From the NCBI GenBank assembly GCA_002452735.1, contig DKFD01000011.1, forward strand, positions 1-64,000: 64,000 nt of DNA. The letters run 5' to 3'. The stretch's first letter is position 1. The number at the start of each line of letters is the position of its first letter. The translations under genes and the position numbers were made by a program. The notes under the pieces are model-generated. The model was not told where the DNA came from, made no database searches, and was given only the letters and a program-made list of their open reading frames with translations. Origin of the DNA: Patescibacteria group bacterium UBA6805 (lineage in GTDB: Bacteria > Patescibacteriota > Minisyncoccia > Minisyncoccales > Minisyncoccaceae). This document shows, piece after piece, positions 9,175 to 19,445 of this stretch.

Positions 9175-10479
9175 ATGGAAAAAATAACGGGAAAAATCGA
9201 GCTGGACTTGGGGTTTCTTTTCCAAGCGGAAAGGAGTTTTAAAAACCTGACCAGTTTTTTTCAAGCCATAGAAGAAGCATCGGTCCAGGAAACGAGCGTC
9301 CTCTTAAAAACAATCATGGGCGGGGCCGTTTATCTAGACGCTTCTGACTTGCATCTGGAGGCGGAAGAAGACGGAGGGACCCTAAGGATGAGAATCGACG
9401 GTCTCCTGCAGAAAGTGTATTTTTTCAGCTCTCTTGGATATAAATCCCTCGTTTCCAGGATAAAACTTCTCTCCCAGATGAAATTGAATGTTGAAAAAAA
9501 ACCGCAGGACGGAAGGTTCACCGTTGTTCTGGAAAAGAACGAAAGTCAGGAAAAAATAGAAATCAGGGTTTCCACCCTTCCCTCCGAACACGGAGAAACG
9601 GTGGTGATGAGAGTGCTTAACCCAAAAAGCTTGATCAGCCTGGAAGAGCTGGGGCTAAGAAAAGACCTTTATCGGGTTTTTATCGAACAATCGCAGAAGC
9701 CCAACGGCATGATTATAGTTACCGGGCCCACCGGCTCCGGCAAGACAACCACCCTTTATGCCTTTTTAAAAAAAATAAAGAATCCGGAGATTAAAATCGT
9801 AACCATTGAAGACCCCATAGAGTATCACCTGGCAGGTATCTCCCAGACCCAGGTTGACCAAAAACGCGGTTATGATTTCGCTTCGGGACTGAAATCAATA
9901 GTTCGTCAGGACCCGGACGTGATACTGGTGGGCGAAGTCAGAGACCTGGAAACGGCCAGCATCGCTCTTCAGGCAGCCCTGACCGGACACCTGGTCTTCA
10001 GCACCCTTCATACCAATGATGCTGCCGGAACAATTGCCAGACTCCAAGCCCTGGGAGAAAAACCAGTCAACATCGCTCCGGCTCTAACCATGATTGTGGC
10101 TCAAAGACTGATAAGAAAAATCTGCCCCGAGTGCGCCGAGGCCAAAACAATCCCTGCGCAAACATATAAAGAAATGCAGGAGACCTTGAAAAATCTGCCC
10201 GAAGGGGTGGACGCTCTCAACCTTGACCCGAAAATGAAAATTCTTTTCCCCAGAGGATGCGATGCCTGCAACAATACCGGCTATAAAGGACGGGTGGGAA
10301 TTTTCGAGGCTTTTGTCGTTGACAGCGAAACCGAGGACTTCATCTTAACCTCTCCTTCTTCCTCGGCCATAGAAAAATTCGCCATCAACAAAGGAATGAC
10401 CACGATGAAACAGGACGGCTATATTAAAATTTTGAACAACGTAACGACGATGGAAGAAGTCAAAAAAGCCACGGGATAA
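9175..10479 (+). CDS. GspE/PilB-family secretion/pilus-assembly ATPase
   Basis: 434 aa; Walker A 'GPTGSGKTTT', Asp box, Walker B 'DPDVILVGEVRD', His box, C-terminal tetracysteine 'CPECAE...CDACNNTGYKGR'. Confidence 0.85.
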   Translation: MEKITGKIELDLGFLFQAERSFKNLTSFFQAIEEASVQETSVLLKTIMGGAVYLDASDLHLEAEEDGGTLRMRIDGLLQKVYFFSSLGYKSLVSRIKLLSQMKLNVEKKPQDGRFTVVLEKNESQEKIEIRVSTLPSEHGETVVMRVLNPKSLISLEELGLRKDLYRVFIEQSQKPNGMIIVTGPTGSGKTTTLYAFLKKIKNPEIKIVTIEDPIEYHLAGISQTQVDQKRGYDFASGLKSIVRQDPDVILVGEVRDLETASIALQAALTGHLVFSTLHTNDAAGTIARLQALGEKPVNIAPALTMIVAQRLIRKICPECAEAKTIPAQTYKEMQETLKNLPEGVDALNLDPKMKILFPRGCDACNNTGYKGRVGIFEAFVVDSETEDFILTSPSSSAIEKFAINKGMTTMKQDGYIKILNNVTTMEEVKKATG

Positions 10480-10672
10480 ATAAAAACTGCATTGACGAAC
10501 AATGCAGGAAATAATTCCTGAACTGGGGGCTAACTTTAGCATTCGGGCTGAAAGTCAAGAATTCCCCTGAGGAATAGTCCAGTATAAACCAAACAATCCG
10601 TTAACTACAGAAAATCCCTACCCCCAGTTCAAGAATCATTTTATGTTATTAGAATAACACACTTTTAAAAAA

Positions 10673-11674
10673 TTGTCAAGTGGTATGGACAATAACGAAG
10701 AAATAATCGAATCAACCTTGAGGCCCAAAAATTGGGGTGATTACATCGGCCAAGAAAGAATAAAAAAGCATTTGAAAGTAATGATCGGGGCGGCCAAAGA
10801 AAGAGGCGAGATGCCCGACCATATTCTTTTCTACGGACCGGCCGGACTGGGCAAAACAACCCTCGCCTACCTCGTCGCCCAGGAATCAAAAGCGAACATC
10901 AAGACCACTTCCGGACCCATAATCGAAAAATCCGGAGATCTGGTGGCCATTCTGACCAACTTAAACGAGGGCGATTTTCTTTTCATTGACGAATGCCACC
11001 GCATCAACCGGTTCGTGGAAGAATATCTTTATTCGGCCATGGAGGATTTCAAGCTTAACCTCATTTTGGGCCGGGGACCCATGGCCAGAAGCATTGACTT
11101 AAAGCTCCCTCGCTTTACTTTGATCGGAGCAACCACGAGAATCGACCTTCTTTCCGCTCCTTTAAGAAGCAGGTTCGGAGCAATCCTCCAGTTAAGCTTT
11201 TACGACCAGAAAGAGATTGAAGAAATCGTTAAAAAATCCGCCCAAATTCTAAACGCCAAAATAGACGAAGAAGCGGTCAAGGAAATCGCCCAGCGCTCCA
11301 GATTCACTCCCCGAACAGCCAATAAACTTTTAAAAAGGGTGAGGGATTTCGCCCAAATAGAGGGCCGGGGGGTCATAACTAAAGACCTGGCCGACAAGGC
11401 CTTGGACTTTTTGGAAATCGACGAGCTGGGGCTCGAACCCGGAGACAAAAGAATATTGGAAACCATAATCAAGAAGTTTGACGGAGGGCCGGCCGGACTG
11501 CAGGCCTTATCGGCCTCCACCTCGGAAGAAAAAAACACCATCTTGGAAATATATGAGCCATATCTAATCCAGCTGGGCCTGATCAGGAGAACCTCGAAAG
11601 GAAGAGTGGCCACTGAATCGGCCTACAAGCATTTGGGAATAAGATGCAAAAACAATCAAAAAAACTTGCTCTAA
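10673..11674 (+). CDS. ruvB: Holliday junction DNA helicase RuvB
   Basis: 333 aa; 'LRPKNWGDYIGQE', Walker A 'GPAGLGKTTLA', sensor motifs. Confidence 0.9.
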   Translation: MSSGMDNNEEIIESTLRPKNWGDYIGQERIKKHLKVMIGAAKERGEMPDHILFYGPAGLGKTTLAYLVAQESKANIKTTSGPIIEKSGDLVAILTNLNEGDFLFIDECHRINRFVEEYLYSAMEDFKLNLILGRGPMARSIDLKLPRFTLIGATTRIDLLSAPLRSRFGAILQLSFYDQKEIEEIVKKSAQILNAKIDEEAVKEIAQRSRFTPRTANKLLKRVRDFAQIEGRGVITKDLADKALDFLEIDELGLEPGDKRILETIIKKFDGGPAGLQALSASTSEEKNTILEIYEPYLIQLGLIRRTSKGRVATESAYKHLGIRCKNNQKNLL

Positions 11675-12270
11675 TCATTTTTCTCTTATTGATATTCCGA
11701 ACCGTTAAAGCGGAAACTGTTTTGATAAACGAAATCTGCTGGATGGGAAGCCAGGAATCAAGCTCCAACGAATGGATAGAATTGTACAACACAACCAATC
11801 AAAACATTATTGTCGATGACTGGGAAATCATTATTTCTGAAACAAAAACAATCAATCTTAAAGGAATTATTCCGGCCAACGGCTTTTATCTCTTGGGACG
11901 CAATAAAAACCAGGCAGAGCTGGACTTGATTCACAACAAAGCATTGAATAACAAGGGAGAGATTATAAAATTAATCGATTTCAACAACAATATTGTTGAT
12001 TCGATTGACTGCTCCCGGGGCTGGGACTACGGAAGCAATGAAACCAAAAAGACGATGGAAAGGTCTCTTGATTTGAAATCCTGGCAGACGAGCTTGAGCA
12101 CGGGAGGAACGCCCAAGCAAACCAACAGCTTAATAGAAAAAACCGTCAAACAAAAAATTCCTTTAAATGAAAAAGAAAACAGCGTTCCTGCTGTTTTTCT
12201 TTCCTTGGTGCTTTCTTTCGCTTCGGGCGGAATCTCTGTCTGGCTTAAGAAACTGTTAAATCGGTATTGA
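11644..12270 (+). CDS. secreted lamin-tail-domain (LTD) protein with C-terminal membrane anchor
   Basis: 208 aa; signal peptide, LTD signature 'LINEICWMGS...NEWIELYN', C-terminal hydrophobic segment. Confidence 0.55.
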   Translation: MQKQSKKLALIIFLLLIFRTVKAETVLINEICWMGSQESSSNEWIELYNTTNQNIIVDDWEIIISETKTINLKGIIPANGFYLLGRNKNQAELDLIHNKALNNKGEIIKLIDFNNNIVDSIDCSRGWDYGSNETKKTMERSLDLKSWQTSLSTGGTPKQTNSLIEKTVKQKIPLNEKENSVPAVFLSLVLSFASGGISVWLKKLLNRY

Positions 12271-12365
12271 GCCAGACCAAGAATTCTTGATTGAAGCTCC
12301 TCTTAACATTTTTATCCGTCAAATATATTGTTGCAACTTTGCTCTTTTTGGGGTATATATAAAGC

Positions 12366-13088
12366 ATGAGCGGACATTCTCATTGGCACTCCATAAGGTT
12401 TAAGAAAGGAGTGGCTGATGCCAAAAAAAGCAAAATATTCTCCAAGATAGCAAGAGAAATATCAATTGCGGCCAGGGAAGGGGGCGCTGATTTGACTTTT
12501 AATCCGAAGCTGAGAACCATTATTGATAAAGCCAAGTCGGTAAACATGACCTCGGACAGCATTGATAGGGCCATGAAGAAAGGCGCTGGCGAGCTGGGAG
12601 GACGCAGCTTTGAAGAATTCGTTTTCGAGGCCTACGGACCACAGGGCACGGCCTTAATAATTGAAGGAGCGACCGACAATAAAAACAGGGCCTTGGGAGA
12701 ATTAAAATTAATCTTAAATCAAAATGGAGGGAAAATGGTCGAGGAGGGAGCAATCAGGTGGATGTTCGATAAAAAGGGCGTGATATATATCAACAAAGAG
12801 AATCTTAAAGAGAAAGAAGATGCGGAGCTTTTGGCCATAGAATCGGGCGCGGAAAATTTTGAATGGCAGGATGACGGCCTTGTTGTTTACACCAAACCGG
12901 AAGAATTGGACAAAATAAAGAATTTTTTTGAAGAAAACAAGACAAAAACCGAGTCCAGCGCTCTGGAATGGGTGCCCAAAGAAAACGTGGAAGTAAGCGA
13001 AGAAACAAAAGAAAAAAACCGGAAGCTTTTTGACGCTTTGGACGACCACGACGATGTTCAAAACATATATTCTAATTTTAATCTATGA
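12366..13088 (+). CDS. yebC: YebC/PmpR-family transcriptional regulator
   Basis: 240 aa; 'MSGHSHWHSIRFKKG' N-terminus diagnostic of the YebC family. Confidence 0.9.
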   Translation: MSGHSHWHSIRFKKGVADAKKSKIFSKIAREISIAAREGGADLTFNPKLRTIIDKAKSVNMTSDSIDRAMKKGAGELGGRSFEEFVFEAYGPQGTALIIEGATDNKNRALGELKLILNQNGGKMVEEGAIRWMFDKKGVIYINKENLKEKEDAELLAIESGAENFEWQDDGLVVYTKPEELDKIKNFFEENKTKTESSALEWVPKENVEVSEETKEKNRKLFDALDDHDDVQNIYSNFNL

Positions 13089-13576
13089 TAATTTTGGGCA
13101 TTGACCCCGGAACAGCGACAACCGGATTCGGAGTAATCGAATCTCACCAAAAGAAACTGGTTTGTGTGGATTATGGTGTGATTAAAACTCCTTCTAATAT
13201 GGACATGGGAGAAAGACTGGTATTGCTAAACAAAGACTTGGGGAAAATCATCAAAGCCCATAACCCGAAAATGGCGGCCGTGGAGACCTTGTACTTTTTT
13301 AAAAACCTGAAAACCGCCATTCCCGTCAGCCAGGCCAGAGGAGTTGTTCTTCTCGCCTTCTCCAGCAAAAAAGTCCCGATAAAGGAATTCACTCCCCTTC
13401 AAGCCAAGACCGCCGTGACCGGTTACGGCCGGGCGAGCAAAGACCAGGTCCAGAAGATGATAAGGCACATTTTAAATCTGGACGAAATACCAAAACCGGA
13501 CGATGCCGCCGATGCTTTGGCCGTCGCCGTCTGCTGCGCCCAATACTTAGAAGGCTACAAAATTAAAATTTCTTGA
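13085..13576 (+). CDS. ruvC: crossover junction endodeoxyribonuclease RuvC
   Basis: 163 aa; 'IILGIDPGTATTGFGV', catalytic acidic residues; 4-bp overlap with yebC. Confidence 0.9.
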   Translation: MIILGIDPGTATTGFGVIESHQKKLVCVDYGVIKTPSNMDMGERLVLLNKDLGKIIKAHNPKMAAVETLYFFKNLKTAIPVSQARGVVLLAFSSKKVPIKEFTPLQAKTAVTGYGRASKDQVQKMIRHILNLDEIPKPDDAADALAVAVCCAQYLEGYKIKIS

Positions 13577-14774
13577 TTTTCCTGAAATTTCTCTTGCCTG
13601 ATTGAAGCACCATATTCTCAATGGTGATTATTTTTTTCCAATCTCTTTCCGTAATTGACTCTTTTCCTTTAATGATTTTTACTCCTCCTTGCTCAATAAT
13701 CCTTTTTGCTTCGGCTTTTGATTTGACCAATTTGGCTGAAACCAGCAAGTCCAAGATGCTCAGCTTCTTTTCTTTGATTTTTGTTTCTTTGATTTCCGAG
13801 GGCAATCCTTTTTCCTCAAAAATCTTTTCGAATTCTTTCTCCGCCTCTTGAGCTTCTTTTTTTGAATGAAAATTAGCGACTATCTCTCTGGCCAGTGTTT
13901 TCTTAACATCCTTGGGATTGACTGATTTCACGTTTAAAAAGTTCTTTATCTCCGCCAAAGGAACGCGAGTGCAGGATTCGAAATATCCGACGATCAATTC
14001 GTCCCTTAGGGACATTATCTTGCCGAACATATCCTTGGGGTTGTCCAAAATATTAATAACGTTGCCCCAGGAAGTCGACATCTTTCTCCCGTCCAGGCCG
14101 TAAATCATTTTCAAGGTCATAATGTCCTGCGGTTTCTGGCCGAATATTCTTTGAAGCTCCCGGCCCGCTTTCAAGTTGAAAAGTTGGTCGAATCCGCCCA
14201 CTTCCAAATCCGCCTTTATGGCCACGGAATCATAGCCTTGGAAAATCGGGTACAATAATTCGTGAAGGCCGATTTCTTTGCCGTTTTCCCATCTTTCTTT
14301 GAAGTTCCTTCTTTGAATCATTTGCTGGGCGGTAAAATTCATGCAAATCCCGACCAGGTCTTTTACTTTCAGCTTGCTCAGCCACTCGCTGTTGTAGCGC
14401 ACGTCTATTTTTTTCAAATCAAGAATTCTTCCGATCTGAGGAAGATAGTCTTTCATGTTTTCTTTTATCTCCTCCGGGCTTAAAGACCTTCTCATGGCCG
14501 TTTTGTCCGAAGCATCTCCGACCATGGCCGTAAAATCCCCGATAATCAAAGTGATTTTATGTCCCAGTTCCTGAAAATCCCTTAACTTCATCAATTGAGT
14601 GGCCCGCCCCAAATGAATTCTCGGCCCGGTGGGGTCGATTCCGAATTTGACGTTAAGCTTTTTGCCCGACAAAAGCTCTTGTTTTAAGTGTTTTTTGTCG
14701 ATTATATCTTCCGCCCCCCTGCTCAATATTTCTTCTATTTTTCCGGGGTTGATGTTGATTTTCATATTTATCAT
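13563..14774 (-). CDS. tyrS: tyrosine--tRNA ligase
   Basis: 403 aa; class I HIGH-like 'PRIHLGRA', KMSKS 'KMSTS', C-terminal S4-like domain. Confidence 0.85.
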   Translation of the reverse strand: MINMKININPGKIEEILSRGAEDIIDKKHLKQELLSGKKLNVKFGIDPTGPRIHLGRATQLMKLRDFQELGHKITLIIGDFTAMVGDASDKTAMRRSLSPEEIKENMKDYLPQIGRILDLKKIDVRYNSEWLSKLKVKDLVGICMNFTAQQMIQRRNFKERWENGKEIGLHELLYPIFQGYDSVAIKADLEVGGFDQLFNLKAGRELQRIFGQKPQDIMTLKMIYGLDGRKMSTSWGNVINILDNPKDMFGKIMSLRDELIVGYFESCTRVPLAEIKNFLNVKSVNPKDVKKTLAREIVANFHSKKEAQEAEKEFEKIFEEKGLPSEIKETKIKEKKLSILDLLVSAKLVKSKAEAKRIIEQGGVKIIKGKESITERDWKKIITIENMVLQSGKRNFRKIKKF

Positions 14775-14782
14775 TGTATAAT
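14754..14782 (+). promoter_or_regulatory. candidate sigma70 promoter (TTGATT-17-TGtTATAAT extended -10) for PBP1A gene
   Basis: sequence motif abutting the tyrS start codon, about 55 nt upstream of the 14839 ATG. Confidence 0.35.
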
Positions 14783-14838
14783 TTTACCGCTCCCCAGTCA
14801 AGCATTGCAAAAAACATAAAAAATGGTAGCATTGAAAC

Positions 14839-16725
14839 ATGAAAAACAAAACAAAAAAAACCCCCTCCTCTCCCATCGGGATAGCGTCCACGGTAATCGT
14901 TTTTTCCTTATTGGCCGGACTGGTTTTGTTTTTGTATTTCATTAAAGATCTGCCCCGGCCGGAAATTTTTACCGAAAGCGAAATAAGCCAGGTCACCAAA
15001 ATTTACGACCGAAAGGGTGAAATCGTTTTATCCAGTGTTTATGGAGAAGAAAAGAGGACTTATGTCCCCCTGTCCGATATTCCCGACCACCTGAAAAAAG
15101 CCGTAATCGCCACCGAAGACGCCAATTTTTACAATCATTGGGGGGTGGACATTGCCGGTGTTTTAAGGTCGGTCAGAAACAACTTCGTTTCCAGGGGCCT
15201 TTATCAGGGAGGATCAACCATTACCCAACAATTAATCCGCTCCACCTTTCTCACTTTGGAAAAATCAATTGAAAGAAAAGTTAAAGAACTGGTCCTTTCC
15301 GTCGAGCTGGACAGGCGATATTCAAAAGACCAAATTCTCGAGTGGTATTTCAATCAAGTTCCTTTCGGCATCAATATTTACGGAGCTCAGGAAGCTTCTT
15401 TGACTTACTTCCAAAAGCCGGTTAAAGAAGTTTCCCTGGCCGAGGCCGCCCTCATAGCCGCCATTATTCAGGCTCCCAGCTATTACTCTCCCTACGGAAG
15501 CCATCTTGATGATTTGCTGGCCAGAAAAGATTATGTCCTGGAAAGAATGGAAAAAGAAGGATTTATCTCCCAAGAAGAGAAAGGGACGGCTCAAAAAGAA
15601 GAATTAAAATTCAACAAGCTTCCCAAGACCCAGGCCGTTCATTTTGTTGAATTTGTAAAAAAACAACTGGAGGACATTTACGGCTCTGACTTTCTGGAGA
15701 TAAAAGGACTTAAAATATATACAACCCTTGACTGGGAATTACAACAGTTCGCGGAAACGACCCTGAAAGAACAGGTTAACATGAATAGGATTAATTTTAA
15801 CGCCTACAATTCCGCCCTCGTAGCCATTGACCCCAAAACCGGAGAAATATTGGCCATGATTGGTTCAGCAGACCCTTGGGCAGATTCGCTGCCCAAAGGA
15901 TGCGACCCGACGACGAATTGCAAATTCGTCCCGAGCTATAACGTGGCCGTCCAGGGAGAAAGGATGCCCGGTTCTTCTTTTAAGCCTTTTGTTTACGCTG
16001 AAGCATTCAGAAAAGGGTATGACGATTTGACCATAGTGGTTGACGAAATGACAAACTTCGGCACGCCCCAAGACCCGTACATTCCCCGTAATTATGACGG
16101 CCTCTTCCGCGGACCGGTGACCCTGAGAAGCGCTTTGGCCCAATCCTTGAATATCCCTTCGGTAAAAGTTTTAAGGGACCTGGCTGGCCCGGGAGACAGC
16201 ATCGCCTTGGCCAAAAAAATGGGCATCACCACCATAGACAGAGGATTAAGCTTTTACGGACTGTCATTGGTTTTAGGCGGCGGGAACGTTAAATTGCTGG
16301 ACATGGTCTCCGCCTACGGGGTTTTTGCCAACGGCGGCTACACAATAGAGCCGTCGCCGATTTTAAGAATAGAAGACAGCCGGGGAAACATAATTTACCA
16401 GAACAAAAAAACTCCGAGAAAGGTCCTGGAAAAAAATGTTTGCGATTTGATAACGGACATTCTTTCCGACAACGCCGCCCGGGCTCCGATTTTCGGATGG
16501 AATTCCAACCTAAGATTCGACAACCCTAAAGTAGCGGCAAAAACAGGAACCACCAACGACAATATCGACGGCTGGACAATAGGGTATACTTCTGACGTCT
16601 GCGTCGGGGTCTGGAGTGGAAACAACAACAATGCGCCCATGACCGGAGCAGTGGGCGAATCATCGGCCGGACCCATTTGGAGAAAAGTAATGGAAAAAAC
16701 TATTGAAATATATTCAAACAACTAA
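14839..16725 (+). CDS. mrcA: bifunctional class A penicillin-binding protein (transglycosylase/transpeptidase)
   Basis: 628 aa; N-terminal membrane anchor, GT51 motifs 'EDANFYNHWGVD' and 'GGSTITQQL', transpeptidase 'SSFKPF' (SxxK) and 'KTGTT'. Confidence 0.85.
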   Translation: MKNKTKKTPSSPIGIASTVIVFSLLAGLVLFLYFIKDLPRPEIFTESEISQVTKIYDRKGEIVLSSVYGEEKRTYVPLSDIPDHLKKAVIATEDANFYNHWGVDIAGVLRSVRNNFVSRGLYQGGSTITQQLIRSTFLTLEKSIERKVKELVLSVELDRRYSKDQILEWYFNQVPFGINIYGAQEASLTYFQKPVKEVSLAEAALIAAIIQAPSYYSPYGSHLDDLLARKDYVLERMEKEGFISQEEKGTAQKEELKFNKLPKTQAVHFVEFVKKQLEDIYGSDFLEIKGLKIYTTLDWELQQFAETTLKEQVNMNRINFNAYNSALVAIDPKTGEILAMIGSADPWADSLPKGCDPTTNCKFVPSYNVAVQGERMPGSSFKPFVYAEAFRKGYDDLTIVVDEMTNFGTPQDPYIPRNYDGLFRGPVTLRSALAQSLNIPSVKVLRDLAGPGDSIALAKKMGITTIDRGLSFYGLSLVLGGGNVKLLDMVSAYGVFANGGYTIEPSPILRIEDSRGNIIYQNKKTPRKVLEKNVCDLITDILSDNAARAPIFGWNSNLRFDNPKVAAKTGTTNDNIDGWTIGYTSDVCVGVWSGNNNNAPMTGAVGESSAGPIWRKVMEKTIEIYSNN

Positions 16726-17861
16726 AGCTTGATGGGCATTACCACGTATAAATAACTGGCGTCCCCTATCGGCCTTATCGCCGCCGGTCCGTCGTCGCCC
16801 TGGAATTCAAATAAGATTTCCGAGCTCTTAATGGTGGTCAGCCCGTCAATCAGGAATTTCCAGTTAAAAGACACCTTAAGAGAACTTCCTTCTATTTTGG
16901 CGGGAATATTCAAATTGGCCTCTCCGACGTCCGCATCTTGGCTGAAAATCTCCACCTCTTTTTCTTTGGCCGCTATCTTCAAAACCACCTCATTGGTTCT
17001 GCCGCCGAAGATACCGGCTGTTTTTATTTGCCTCAAAAATTCTTCCTTATTCACCGTAATCTTGGTTTTGCCTTCTCTGGGAATAATTTCCTGATAAGAA
17101 GGGTACTCGCCTTCAATTTGCCTGGAAATCAAATTTATTTCCGGATGATTGACTGTTGACAGAAAGGTTTCAAATAAAACTTGGGATTCGGAAAAATAAA
17201 TTCTCAGGGTTTTTTCTTCGTCGCTGACTATATTAATCAACTCCTTGGCCGCTCTCTGGGGAAGAATGAAACTGACCCTCTCTTTGAACATGTTTTTGTA
17301 TCCCTGTTTATTGGAAAAAGTTATCACCTTCTCTGACAACCTGAAGCTGTCCGTGGCCACCAGCCTGACTAGGTCTTTTTCAAACAAGAAATACACGCCC
17401 GATATTTCCGGTTTTATTTGGGACAAGCTAACCATGTCAACCACACTCATCAACCCGTCTTTTATTTTCCTTGCATCAATCTCGATGAAAACGTCTTTGG
17501 AAAAAGAGGGAATAATGGGAAACTCATCGGCGGTAAACCCCTTAATTTGGGTTTTGTAATTTTTCCCCTCCAGCACCAGGGTATTTCCCTTTTCTTTGAT
17601 ATTAACCTTTTCGTCGGACAAAGACCCTGTTATCTGACCCAAAAGCTTGGCTGGTATCGTAATTTTACCTTCTTTCTCGGTCTTGCACATTCCCCACCAC
17701 TGAACACCCAACTCAAGGTCGGTGGCCGATATTTTCAAAAAATTGGACAGAGCCTCTATTAAAACATTGTCCAGAATCGGCAGGGTTAAATTTTTACCCG
17801 TCACTCTTTCCGTGATACTTACCCCTTTTTTTAGTTCTTTGGTTAAAATTGTAAGGTTCAT
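16722..17861 (-). CDS. dnaN: DNA polymerase III beta subunit (sliding clamp)
   Basis: 379 aa; three-domain clamp layout, position directly downstream of dnaA. Confidence 0.9.
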   Translation of the reverse strand: MNLTILTKELKKGVSITERVTGKNLTLPILDNVLIEALSNFLKISATDLELGVQWWGMCKTEKEGKITIPAKLLGQITGSLSDEKVNIKEKGNTLVLEGKNYKTQIKGFTADEFPIIPSFSKDVFIEIDARKIKDGLMSVVDMVSLSQIKPEISGVYFLFEKDLVRLVATDSFRLSEKVITFSNKQGYKNMFKERVSFILPQRAAKELINIVSDEEKTLRIYFSESQVLFETFLSTVNHPEINLISRQIEGEYPSYQEIIPREGKTKITVNKEEFLRQIKTAGIFGGRTNEVVLKIAAKEKEVEIFSQDADVGEANLNIPAKIEGSSLKVSFNWKFLIDGLTTIKSSEILFEFQGDDGPAAIRPIGDASYLYVVMPIKL

Positions 17862-18083
17862 ATTATTATTAATTTATATTTTTATTTAAAACTTATTTAT
17901 TATTGATTTTGGTCTTTGGGTGGACAAATTCTTTTTCCCCAGTTTTTAAAATGAATTTTTGCATGATTTCCTCTGGAATAATTGTGGAGAAAAAGAGGGG
18001 TTTTTATGAAATAATTTTTGGTATTTTTTTCCGACAAATTTATTCGATGTTTTCCCCCCTTTGTTTCCCCGGCTTATTAACAA
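17862..18083. other. candidate oriC part 1: AT-rich unwinding element (17862-17915) plus DnaA-box-like sites (GGGTGGACAAA, TTGTGGAGAAA) in the dnaA-dnaN spacer
   Basis: seen in sequence; a bipartite origin around dnaA is the classical arrangement. Confidence 0.45.
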
Positions 18084-19445
18084 TTAATTACTATATACTC
18101 TTTGTAAAATCAGTTCTATTTCTTGGTGTGTTTTTTCGTCTTCTTCCGCCGTTTTTTCAATTAATTGGCAGGCGTGGATGACCGTGGTGTGGTCTTTTCC
18201 TCCGAATTTTCTCCCTATCTCGGAATAAGAAAGCTTCAATTCTTTTTTAAGGAGAAACATGGCAACTTGCCGGGGCCGGGAAAATTCCTTTTTTCTGGAA
18301 ACGAAAAACATGTTTCCGTTGGGGATGTCGTAAAACTCGGTGACGGACTGGATTATCTTCTTGGAATTGGTTATTTTTGAAGGAGAAACAATAATGGTTT
18401 TTAACAGCTTTTTCGCATCTTCCAGGCTCGGGCTTTTATTGTTGGCCTTTTTGAAGATTATTAAGCGGTTCAGGGCGCTTTCCAGTTCCCTGATGTTTCT
18501 TTGGATGTTGTTGGCCATAAAATCAAGAATGTCTTTCGGCAAATCAACGTTTTTCTCCTCAGCTTTTTGTTTTAAAATAGCCGCTCTTGTCTCAAAATCC
18601 GGAGAAGAAATATCGGCGATCATTCCTCCTTTAAACCGCGACTTCAGCCTTTCGGTGATGGCCGGAATAGTGCTGGGGTGCCTATCCGAAGACAAGATAA
18701 TTTGTTTGTTCTTTTGATATAAAGAATTAAAGGTGTGGAAGAATTCTTCCTGGGTTTTGTCTTTGCCAGCGATGAATTGGATGTCGTCTACGATTAAAAC
18801 GTCCAACTCCCTTAAATTTTTTTTTAATTCCTCGACGTTGTGGTTCTTAATTGAATTTATGATAATGGAAATCATTTTTTCGGCCGGAAGATATTTTACT
18901 CTTTTTTCGGGAGCATCTTCCTTTATCTTGTTGCCGACGGCCTGGACCAAATGGGTTTTGCCCAGTCCCACTCCCCCGTAAACGAATAAGGGGTTGTAAT
19001 TTTTGCCCGGCTCTTCCACCACGGCCATGGCCGCGGCGAAAGCCATTTCGTTAAAGGGCCCGACAATGAAGTTTTCAAAAACATAACGGGGGTTTAGGTT
19101 GGTTTCTTTGTTGACTTCCAATTCTTTAAAGCCCAACTGTTCGGTCAAAACATCCTCCTTGTTGACAGACTTCTTGCCGCCCATCGTCTTTTTCGTTTTC
19201 TTGGGGTCAACGACGAAGGAGATATTTTTAATGTTCTCGTCGGTGGAATGGAGTATTTTTAAAATGTCTTTTCCGTATTTTTGTTCCAGCCATTCCTTGG
19301 AAAAAGAATTGGAAACAGAGACAATAACGGTATCGTTTTCCAGAGACAATATTTTGGTGTTGGCAAACCAGGTGGCGAAATTAGCCGGAGAGATGTTTAG
19401 TTGTATTTGGGCCAGCACGGACTGCCAAAGGTTTTCTAAATCCAT
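18084..19445 (-). CDS. dnaA: chromosomal replication initiator DnaA
   Basis: 453 aa; AAA+ Walker A 'GGVGLGKTHL', C-terminal DNA-binding domain 'SYSEIGRKFGGKDHTTVIHA'. Confidence 0.95.
   Translation of the reverse strand: MDLENLWQSVLAQIQLNISPANFATWFANTKILSLENDTVIVSVSNSFSKEWLEQKYGKDILKILHSTDENIKNISFVVDPKKTKKTMGGKKSVNKEDVLTEQLGFKELEVNKETNLNPRYVFENFIVGPFNEMAFAAAMAVVEEPGKNYNPLFVYGGVGLGKTHLVQAVGNKIKEDAPEKRVKYLPAEKMISIIINSIKNHNVEELKKNLRELDVLIVDDIQFIAGKDKTQEEFFHTFNSLYQKNKQIILSSDRHPSTIPAITERLKSRFKGGMIADISSPDFETRAAILKQKAEEKNVDLPKDILDFMANNIQRNIRELESALNRLIIFKKANNKSPSLEDAKKLLKTIIVSPSKITNSKKIIQSVTEFYDIPNGNMFFVSRKKEFSRPRQVAMFLLKKELKLSYSEIGRKFGGKDHTTVIHACQLIEKTAEEDEKTHQEIELILQRVYSN

Noticed and set aside
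10480-10672. SRP RNA / 6S RNA assignment for the pilB-ruvB spacer
   Set aside because: The conserved SRP domain-IV motif is not recognisable and the length does not fit 6S RNA. It is kept only as an unassigned structured-RNA candidate in the findings.
16395-16721. 108-aa minus-strand ORF inside the PBP1A gene
   Set aside because: It is nested antisense within a gene that has clear transglycosylase/transpeptidase motifs, and has no motifs of its own.
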